Positions 49,491 through 55,249 of a DNA stretch of 61,608 nucleotides are shown piece after piece. Under the pieces are notes generated by a model, which did not search any database, was not told where the DNA came from, and saw nothing but the letters and a program-made list of their open reading frames with translations. The position numbers were made by a program, and so were the translations under genes. Within the stretch, counting starts at the first letter, position 1. Each line of letters starts with the position of its first letter. The DNA is from a virus (taxonomy: Duplodnaviria; Caudoviricetes): IMG/VR virus record IMGVR_UViG_3300025120_000048, positions 1 to 61,608 of that record; one strand, written 5' to 3'.

Positions 49491-49645
49491 TATTCAATTT
49501 CTTCCATTGTTAATATTTGAGATATAATTTGTTTTGCAGTACCTGAAAATTTAATTTCATCTCCATATAAATCAATCCAAGTTAAATTATATAAATCCGG
49601 TTTAATTCTTTTTTTAAACATAGTGTTAAATTTATTTCCAGCCAT
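49490..49645 (-). CDS. 51-aa hypothetical protein
   Basis: Manual translation MAGNKFNTMFKKRIKPDLYNLTWID... Confidence 0.5.
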   Translation of the reverse strand: MAGNKFNTMFKKRIKPDLYNLTWIDLYGDEIKFSGTAKQIISQILTMEEIE

Positions 49646-49649
49646 AGTT

Positions 49650-49814
49650 TTATATTACGTGATTAAATTTTTCTTTATATATTTTAGCTTGCTTTAAATT
49701 AGCAAAATCTTCATAGCCTCCTCTTATTCCATCTTTATGTTGCCATAAAACTCTGTAAGGAAAGTGTTTAAAAACAGTATTAACTAATTTTGTTTTATAA
49801 CAATTCAAATCCAT
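49650..49814 (-). CDS. 54-aa hypothetical protein
   Basis: Manual translation MDLNCYKTKLVNTVFKHFPYRVLW... Confidence 0.45.
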   Translation of the reverse strand: MDLNCYKTKLVNTVFKHFPYRVLWQHKDGIRGGYEDFANLKQAKIYKEKFNHVI

Positions 49815-50019
49815 ATTTTTTTCTTATAGTTGAATTATAATACATTCCTATTGATTTATTTGTTCTAAATCTATCATATACTTTTAAAGGTACATTTTTA
49901 TAAAGATATATTCTTCCGTTTCTAAATTCAACGGTTAATTGTTTTGTGTCTTTTTGATAAGTTACTACACTTATTGCTTTTGATTTTACTTCTAATGTCT
50001 CTTTAATTGTTTTTCTCAT
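49795..50019 (-). CDS. KTSC-domain protein
   Basis: V.S.AI..V.Y.....L.VEF.NG..Y.Y..VP...Y.......S.G.YYN..IR. Confidence 0.85.
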   Translation of the reverse strand: MRKTIKETLEVKSKAISVVTYQKDTKQLTVEFRNGRIYLYKNVPLKVYDRFRTNKSIGMYYNSTIRKKYGFELL

Positions 50020-50425
50020 TTTCTAATTTATTTAATTTAATTTCTATTTGTTCTATTTTTTTTATAAGTTCATCAATACTTATTTTATATTTAACTTTAT
50101 TTAAAGAATATTTTTCTTCTATAATCTCTTTTAAATCGTCATAAACTTCATCCATATAACGATCAATCTTAGCTTCCACATTATATTTTTTTAATCCATT
50201 AATAACTGTTGCATGGTCTCTATTTACGGCTCTACCAATGGCTGATAAGCTTTTATACCTACATAAGTTTTTAGCTAGTTTAAAGTATATAAAACGAGCT
50301 TGGGATAGCTCTCTGGTTCTAGTTTTTACACCAATATCATGTATTTGCAATTCTTTTTCAACTAAATTTTTTATATCTACAGCTGAAACTAATTTTTTTA
50401 ATATATATTTTTTTCCTATGTTCAT
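50003..50425 (-). CDS. DnaA domain IV-like HTH protein
   Basis: R.RE...AR.I...LA......SL..IG....RDHATVI signature. Confidence 0.8.
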   Translation of the reverse strand: MNIGKKYILKKLVSAVDIKNLVEKELQIHDIGVKTRTRELSQARFIYFKLAKNLCRYKSLSAIGRAVNRDHATVINGLKKYNVEAKIDRYMDEVYDDLKEIIEEKYSLNKVKYKISIDELIKKIEQIEIKLNKLENEKNN

Positions 50426-50440
50426 TTATAAAATTTATTT

Positions 50441-50474
50441 ATTATTATCTAATTTAATACGTATTTGCTTCGTG
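50441..50474 (-). promoter_or_regulatory. Early promoter-like motif P1
   Basis: Minus strand CACGAAGCAAATACGTATTAAATTAGATAATAAT, 16 nt from ATG 50425. Confidence 0.7.
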
Positions 50475-50666
50475 TTACTTTATTCTTAACTCATCACCAT
50501 TATTGTATCTTATCCAGATTTCAATATTTGTAATTTCTTTGTCTAATGCTTCATTGTATCCATCAACGGGATCATCACTTGTTGAAAAATAACCTCCTTT
50601 AAAATCAGGATAATCTCCTTCAATATAAAACGTATCTATATCTTTAAATTTGTATTCTTGTTTCAT
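50475..50666 (-). CDS. Small acidic hypothetical protein
   Basis: ORF in the early operon. Confidence 0.55.
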   Translation of the reverse strand: MKQEYKFKDIDTFYIEGDYPDFKGGYFSTSDDPVDGYNEALDKEITNIEIWIRYNNGDELRIK

Positions 50667-50808
50667 ATCTTAGGCTTTCTTTCTTTATTTGGTTTGTGTA
50701 CATAATACCCAACGATCGGATTGACTAAATAATTCCACCAATCCGAAGGAAATTTTTTTGCATCTGTTATTATTAATTTTTTTTTGTCTATATATTTTTT
50801 TTGCATTT

Positions 50809-51018
50809 TTATAAATTAAATATTGTTTCCATATCTCGCCAGTCATAACATTCTTTATTAGGAAGCTTAGCAAGTTTTTTAAAGTATCTGTCTCGTGTTT
50901 CTTTAATACCCAATTGGGCTCCTATAGTAATTGAAATCCATATTATAGCAATATACTTTAATACGCTTTTAAAAATAGGATTAGAAAGCTTATTTATCAT
51001 CTTCTTCATTGTGTTCAT
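50809..51018 (-). CDS. Small single-TM protein
   Basis: Hydrophobic YIAIIWISITIGA segment; start uncertain. Confidence 0.5.
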   Translation of the reverse strand: MNTMKKMINKLSNPIFKSVLKYIAIIWISITIGAQLGIKETRDRYFKKLAKLPNKECYDWRDMETIFNL

Positions 51019-51307
51019 CTATATAGTCTTGTACTTCACTATCAGGCAAATATATTTCTATGTCTGATATATATACAATTGAATCTTTGTCAAGCTCTTT
51101 AATTCGATCAATAATTTGATCAAAAGATGGTTCATAATAATATACATCATATTCAAAATCAAGGTTTCTTGCGTCTTGTGTTATTACGTGTAATGTATAA
51201 CCATCTGCGGTATTCCATTCACCTATTTCAAGTTCAACACCGGTTTTGTAATCTTCTGAAATTTCGGCCACACCTAAAAGCATGGCCAGTTTTTTTATGT
51301 TATTCAT
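50990..51307 (-). CDS. Highly acidic protein
   Basis: About 28 D/E in 105 aa by manual count. Confidence 0.65.
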   Translation of the reverse strand: MNNIKKLAMLLGVAEISEDYKTGVELEIGEWNTADGYTLHVITQDARNLDFEYDVYYYEPSFDQIIDRIKELDKDSIVYISDIEIYLPDSEVQDYIDEHNEEDDK

Positions 51308-51308
51308 T

Positions 51309-51539
51309 TTATTTGTTTTTAGTTATTAAATCTTTATTTTTTGGTTCAGGTCTAGTATAACGATTTTCAGCATAAGCTCTAAGCTCAATTGTAAAATAGT
51401 CAACTATATCAGATAATTCAAAGCCATCATCTATTAAAGGTTTCATTTGTTCAGCATTTAATTCCATTGTGTATTTGCCAATTATAGTAGACATGCGATC
51501 GAATTTTGCTTTGTAATCAAAGTAAGTTTGTAAGTTCAT
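51309..51539 (-). CDS. Hypothetical early protein
   Basis: Directly downstream of motif P2. Confidence 0.65.
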   Translation of the reverse strand: MNLQTYFDYKAKFDRMSTIIGKYTMELNAEQMKPLIDDGFELSDIVDYFTIELRAYAENRYTRPEPKNKDLITKNK

Positions 51540-51563
51540 TTTATTTATTTTTTAAGGTTCATA

Positions 51564-51597
51564 TATATTATCCAGAAGCTTACGTATTTGCTTCGTG
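51564..51597 (-). promoter_or_regulatory. Early promoter-like motif P2
   Basis: Minus strand CACGAAGCAAATACGTAAGCTTCTGGATAATATA. Confidence 0.75.
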
Positions 51598-51789
51598 TAT
51601 TGTTAATCCTAATTCATTCGCAACATAATTAATATGCTTTGAAGTGGCTGGGCTTGAGGTCATACCTCTTACATTCCATTTTAATTTGTAAAGTTTATTA
51701 TCTTTAATCTCAGCAACACGGGTATTATATGAGATTATGTCATTGCCGATCTGTTTTAGATTTACTTTGTATTTGTCAAATGTTTTCAT
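51580..51789 (-). CDS. Conserved small phage protein
   Basis: SYNTRVA...S.AT.KHIN pattern. Confidence 0.65.
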   Translation of the reverse strand: MKTFDKYKVNLKQIGNDIISYNTRVAEIKDNKLYKLKWNVRGMTSSPATSKHINYVANELGLTIHEANT

Positions 51790-51986
51790 TTTATCATTTT
51801 TTTAATTAATGTAAATAAGAGTTGTTGTTTTATTTTAAATTCTAATTCAAATAAATCAGGGTTTTTAAAATTCTCATCATTATTATCTGTGAGTTGCCAA
51901 TGTATTGTTTTATCAATGTGATATTCAACTTCTTCAATGCATTGATTCGCAATTTTTGATATCATATTTTTCATATTAGTATCCAT
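51786..51986 (-). CDS. Hypothetical early protein
   Basis: Coupled ORF. Confidence 0.55.
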   Translation of the reverse strand: MDTNMKNMISKIANQCIEEVEYHIDKTIHWQLTDNNDENFKNPDLFELEFKIKQQLLFTLIKKMIK

Positions 51987-52176
51987 ATTTGTTGTAATGT
52001 TTAATTGTTTCCAAGCTTGCTTTATTAAACGCGCTTACTCTTTGTCTATACTTTTCATCAGTACAATACTTTTTCATAGCATACACATTTGTTTGGCCAT
52101 GATCGGTACCATATTGTTTTTCAAAGTCTGCTATTTGTAATAGCTTTGCATCAATCATTTTTTTAGTTATATCCAT
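51976..52176 (-). CDS. Hypothetical early protein
   Basis: Start moved to MDITKK at 52176, 19 nt below motif P3. Confidence 0.6.
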   Translation of the reverse strand: MDITKKMIDAKLLQIADFEKQYGTDHGQTNVYAMKKYCTDEKYRQRVSAFNKASLETIKHYNKYGY

Positions 52177-52194
52177 TTTATTTTGTTTTACGTT

Positions 52195-52228
52195 TATATT
52201 ATCCAATTCAATCCGTGTTTGCTTCGTA
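52195..52228 (-). promoter_or_regulatory. Early promoter-like motif P3
   Basis: Minus strand TACGAAGCAAACACGGATTGAATTGGATAATATA. Confidence 0.75.
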
Positions 52229-52369
52229 TAGGAATAAAGCTCCTTCGTGACATGCCCCACACATTCCTGTATTGTATTTATCTATTTCACCTAAAGGAGA
52301 TTCACCACAGCAATTTGATAACCATTGCCCATTTCTTTCTAATCCTAAGTAGATCATATTATTCATCAT
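52208..52369 (-). CDS. 53-aa Cys-rich (Zn-binding?) protein
   Basis: Manual translation ...WLSNCCGESP...GMCGACHEGA...YEANTD. Confidence 0.6.
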   Translation of the reverse strand: MMNNMIYLGLERNGQWLSNCCGESPLGEIDKYNTGMCGACHEGALFLYEANTD

Positions 52370-52370
52370 A

Positions 52371-52706
52371 TTAATTCCAAATTGTACTATCAGTTAAAAC
52401 TTTTTCCATCTCATTCCATTGGACCGTGTCATTAGATTCATTTAATGCATCCCACAAAGCATTGTATCCAGCTTGATGCCAATTGTTAGGTCTACCAAAA
52501 TCTAAATGTGTATCAAAAATATCGTAGTTTAATTCGTCACAATATTCTTTGCATTCATAAGTGTTAGTTGTTTTGTTGTCAATCCATTCAGTTTTTAAAG
52601 TATCTAAATCATTAGATTCGTTTATTTCTCCTTGATGAAATGCATACCATGCATCATCTGAAAATTCCTGGGCTATCTCGTCTATTTTATAATTTGAATT
52701 GTGCAT
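52371..52706 (-). CDS. Acidic protein, possible Ocr-like DNA mimic
   Basis: 24 D/E versus 6 K/R in 111 aa; I....DL.......DN....Y pattern. Confidence 0.55.
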   Translation of the reverse strand: MHNSNYKIDEIAQEFSDDAWYAFHQGEINESNDLDTLKTEWIDNKTTNTYECKEYCDELNYDIFDTHLDFGRPNNWHQAGYNALWDALNESNDTVQWNEMEKVLTDSTIWN

Positions 52707-52718
52707 TTTATTTTGGTT

Positions 52719-52934
52719 TTATTTGTTATATAATATGTCTGCTAATGTTTCACCAATTTCAGAAAAGTATTGGGCTTTGCCTATCATTTCTAGCATTGCT
52801 TCACTTTCCATTTTGGAGAGGTCATTGCCATCTTCATCTTTGCCATTAGTATTTATTAATTGCTCTGCGTAGTCTATACAATCTTGCAAATCTAAGTTTG
52901 TATTGTGAAATCTACAGTGGGTCATATTGCTCAT
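52719..52934 (-). CDS. Conserved small phage protein
   Basis: MSNM..CRF.NT..DL.DC...LS..E pattern. Confidence 0.65.
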   Translation of the reverse strand: MSNMTHCRFHNTNLDLQDCIDYAEQLINTNGKDEDGNDLSKMESEAMLEMIGKAQYFSEIGETLADILYNK

Positions 52935-52953
52935 CTTTCTTTGGTTTTAAGGT

Positions 52954-53133
52954 TTATATGGTTTTATATTTTTGTATTAATTTAGTAATGTCTTTTAAGT
53001 TTGAGAAGTGATAATGGTATATAACTTCATCTTTGTAATTAAGTACTGTGAAATCATACATTTTAAATTCAGGTGCATAAGCAATTTGAAAAAATGTTTG
53101 TGATTTTGGATTGTTATTAAAATATTTAGACAT
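52954..53133 (-). CDS. Hypothetical early protein
   Basis: Start moved to MSKYF at 53133, 23 nt below motif P4. Confidence 0.55.
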   Translation of the reverse strand: MSKYFNNNPKSQTFFQIAYAPEFKMYDFTVLNYKDEVIYHYHFSNLKDITKLIQKYKTI

Positions 53134-53155
53134 TTTATTTGTTTTTATGTTCATT

Positions 53156-53189
53156 TATATTATCCAATTCAACACGTGTTTACTCCGTG
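53156..53189 (-). promoter_or_regulatory. Early promoter-like motif P4
   Basis: Minus strand CACGGAGTAAACACGTGTTGAATTGGATAATATA. Confidence 0.75.
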
Positions 53190-53375
53190 TTTTTACACTT
53201 CCGTCAACAGACATAAAAAAATATCCCTAATTTAATGCTAAATAACTCTTAAAGCATTGAAATAAATAAACTTATTAAAATCCTCTTTATCTCCCAAAAG
53301 GGGGTAAAATATTTGTATTGTAACAAAGTGTTGTATATGTAACACTTTATGTGTATTTATATAATACCAATTATA

Positions 53376-53422
53376 TGTGACATTAGGTAGTTATATATAT
53401 ATAATAACAGGCTATTGTCACA
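53376..53422. repeat. Inverted-repeat site IR2
   Basis: TGTGACATTAG-N25-CTATTGTCACA with (TA)n in the spacer. Confidence 0.75.
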
Positions 53423-53582
53423 CTACAATATAAGTTTCTTTAGCTTCTTTTCTTAATTTATACAAGAGGTCTAATTCTTCTTTGAATGAATCCATATCTT
53501 TTGTAAAATTATTTGTACCGTTTGAAATATAAACAAACAATGCTTCTATTAAAATTCCTTCTTCTTTGTTATTAATTTTCAT
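53418..53582 (-). CDS. 54-aa early protein (paralogue of 54113..54256)
   Basis: MKINNKEEGILIEAL...; below motif P5. Confidence 0.65.
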   Translation of the reverse strand: MKINNKEEGILIEALFVYISNGTNNFTKDMDSFKEELDLLYKLRKEAKETYIVV

Positions 53583-53596
53583 AAGTGTATATTTAT

Positions 53597-53630
53597 TTTA
53601 TTATCCAACTAAGCACGTGTTTGCTCCGTA
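53597..53630 (-). promoter_or_regulatory. Early promoter-like motif P5
   Basis: Minus strand TACGGAGCAAACACGTGCTTAGTTGGATAATAAA. Confidence 0.75.
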
Positions 53631-53638
53631 TGGGCTTT

Positions 53639-53670
53639 AAAAAAAAACCTCAACTAAGGGAGAGGTTTTT
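53639..53670 (-). terminator. Intrinsic terminator
   Basis: AAAAACCTC...GAGGTTTTT hairpin with a U-tract on the minus strand. Confidence 0.65.
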
Positions 53671-53685
53671 ATTTTTTAATTTAAT

Positions 53686-53883
53686 TTATTTTGTAAAATC
53701 GTAGATTCTTAAATACCATTCTTCTATATTTTCATTATATTTCATTTCACAATTTTCTTTAACTATTACATTTTCCATTATTATTTTTTCATTAAAGATT
53801 TGTTCTTTTGTACCATAATAATCTGTTTTAAAGATTTTATTTAATTCTTCTTTAACTAAACTATTTAATATTTGTGAATTCAT
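53686..53883 (-). CDS. Hypothetical early protein
   Basis: Between motif P6 and the terminator. Confidence 0.6.
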   Translation of the reverse strand: MNSQILNSLVKEELNKIFKTDYYGTKEQIFNEKIIMENVIVKENCEMKYNENIEEWYLRIYDFTK

Positions 53884-53906
53884 ATTTATATTTTTAAAGT
53901 TATAAT

Positions 53907-53940
53907 TATATTATCCAAGTTAGGACGTGTTTGCTTCGTG
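53907..53940 (-). promoter_or_regulatory. Early promoter-like motif P6
   Basis: Minus strand CACGAAGCAAACACGTCCTAACTTGGATAATATA. Confidence 0.75.
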
Positions 53941-53948
53941 CTTGATAT

Positions 53949-53976
53949 AAAAAAACCTCAACACAATGTGAGGTTT
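53949..53976 (-). terminator. Intrinsic terminator
   Basis: AAACCTCA...TGAGGTTT hairpin with a U-tract on the minus strand. Confidence 0.65.
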
Positions 53977-53984
53977 AATTTATT

Positions 53985-54116
53985 TTATTTTATAATTTCC
54001 CAATCAGAATTTTCAAATTGATAACTGAACTCACTATCCCAGAGCATTTCTTCCATTACTTTATTTATTTCTTTTTCACTTAAATGTGTTTCTAATGTAA
54101 TTTTAATATTTCTCAT
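53985..54116 (-). CDS. 43-aa early protein
   Basis: MRNIKITLETHLSEKEINKVMEEMLWDSEF...; ATGA-coupled. Confidence 0.55.
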   Translation of the reverse strand: MRNIKITLETHLSEKEINKVMEEMLWDSEFSYQFENSDWEIIK

Positions 54117-54256
54117 ATTTTTATTCTTAGTAAATTTAACAATTCAATATCTTCCTTATAATCTTCCATATCAACAGAAAAATCATCTGTTAAATGCTCA
54201 AGGGAAAAATGTAAATGCTCAAGTAAAAGTAATCTTTGTTTATTATTAATAGTCAT
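54113..54256 (-). CDS. 47-aa early protein (paralogue of 53418..53582)
   Basis: MTINNKQRLLLLEHL...; below motif P7. Confidence 0.65.
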   Translation of the reverse strand: MTINNKQRLLLLEHLHFSLEHLTDDFSVDMEDYKEDIELLNLLRIKI

Positions 54257-54279
54257 AATGTATAGTTTTAAGTTATAAA

Positions 54280-54313
54280 TTTATTATCCAAATCAGGACG
54301 TGTTTGCCCCGTG
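54280..54313 (-). promoter_or_regulatory. Early promoter-like motif P7
   Basis: Minus strand CACGGGGCAAACACGTCCTGATTTGGATAATAAA. Confidence 0.75.
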
Positions 54314-54329
54314 TTCGGTCGACCTCGAG

Positions 54330-54355
54330 TCGGGCTCGAAGTGCGGGATGAGGTT
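54330..54355. repeat. GC-rich 26-bp repeat, copy A
   Basis: TCGGGCTCGAAGTGCGGGATGAGGTT; 22/26 identical to 54621..54646. Confidence 0.7.
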
Positions 54356-54377
54356 GGCTCGCGGTATCGTGCGAGGT

Positions 54378-54551
54378 CTACCAGGTAGGCCCTGGATCGG
54401 GATTTATCGGGCAGCATAATCCTAGGCTAAGAAGAGTTTCAATTCTATCTTCTAAATAGTCTAGATCCTTTATTTCTTTACTAGTTAAATTATCCATTTC
54501 TATAACAGCATTAATTATTTCTCTGTTGTACTTTTCTATTAGCTTTCGCAT
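54378..54551 (-). CDS. 57-aa early protein
   Basis: MRKLIEKYNREIINAVIEMD...; below motif P8. Confidence 0.55.
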   Translation of the reverse strand: MRKLIEKYNREIINAVIEMDNLTSKEIKDLDYLEDRIETLLSLGLCCPINPDPGPTW

Positions 54552-54574
54552 AATTTATATTTTTAGATTATAAC

Positions 54575-54608
54575 ATTATTATCCAGATCAAGACGTATCT
54601 GCTCCGTA
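54575..54608 (-). promoter_or_regulatory. Early promoter-like motif P8
   Basis: Minus strand TACGGAGCAGATACGTCTTGATCTGGATAATAAT. Confidence 0.75.
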
Positions 54609-54620
54609 CCTGGTTAGCTC

Positions 54621-54646
54621 TCGGGCTCGCAGTACCGGGTGAGGTT
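54621..54646. repeat. GC-rich 26-bp repeat, copy B
   Basis: TCGGGCTCGCAGTACCGGGTGAGGTT. Confidence 0.7.
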
Positions 54647-54803
54647 AAGCCAAATAGCAAATTAGATTGACCGCGCGAGGTGTTACCGGTCCCTCCAGCA
54701 CTTCCTCCAATGCTTGTTGGAAATCTTCTAATTCAATGGTTCCATTTTTGTAACATTCAACATGGAACAATACTTCTTTTTTAATAGTTTCAATTGAGTT
54801 CAT
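54645..54803 (-). CDS. 52-aa early protein
   Basis: MNSIETIKKEVLFHVECYKNG...; below motif P9. Confidence 0.55.
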   Translation of the reverse strand: MNSIETIKKEVLFHVECYKNGTIELEDFQQALEEVLEGPVTPRAVNLICYLA

Positions 54804-54823
54804 ATGTAAAAATTTAATTCAAA

Positions 54824-54857
54824 TATATTATCCAAATTAGTACGTGTTTCCCCCGTA
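54824..54857 (-). promoter_or_regulatory. Early promoter-like motif P9
   Basis: Minus strand TACGGGGGAAACACGTACTAATTTGGATAATATA. Confidence 0.7.
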
Positions 54858-55026
54858 AAAAGTCAAATACTTATACAAAATTTTAACAAAAGTCAAAACA
54901 TTTTTCCTAAAGCTCGAAAACATTGGGGAGGTGGGTAAAATCAAAATAACTTTTCAAAAATTTCTTTGTTAAAAAAATAAAGCGTAGCCCCCACATTATA
55001 TATTTGTAACGTACTTTTTCCATTCA

Positions 55027-55072
55027 GGTGACGTTAGGCTATTATATATAAGAGTAACCCCCTATTGTCGCA
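55027..55072. repeat. Inverted-repeat site IR3
   Basis: GGTGACGTTAG-N24-CTATTGTCGCA in the divergent intergenic region. Confidence 0.7.
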
Positions 55073-55135
55073 TAAAGGGGTGTAAATTTTAAATTTTCCA
55101 TGTAAATATATTTATTATAATAAAGAGAAAGAACA

Positions 55136-55231
55136 ATGGCAGTTTATTTAGGTGATGAAACCGTAGCGACCCTATATTTAGGAGACGAAGCAGTGGCCAA
55201 TATCTACTTAGGCACTGAGACTGTACTATAA
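55136..55231 (+). CDS. 31-aa microprotein of three YLG repeats
   Basis: MAVYLGDETVATLYLGDEAVANIYLGTETVL; repeats use varied synonymous codons. Confidence 0.7.
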   Translation: MAVYLGDETVATLYLGDEAVANIYLGTETVL

Positions 55232-55249
55232 TCAACAAAATTTTATTTC

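Noticed and set aside
50685-50873. 62-aa ORF from the track
   Set aside because: Overlaps 50809..51018 substantially and its start is unclear; a shorter version may be real but I cannot support it
53376-53422. IR sites as CRP boxes or dif sites
   Set aside because: TGTGA...TCACA half-sites are far more than 6 bp apart, and the 24-25 bp spacer is too long for dif or lox-type sites
50441-54857. 34-bp repeats as a CRISPR array
   Set aside because: Spacing is about 250-1100 bp with ORFs between copies, repeats are degenerate in the middle, and there are no cas genes
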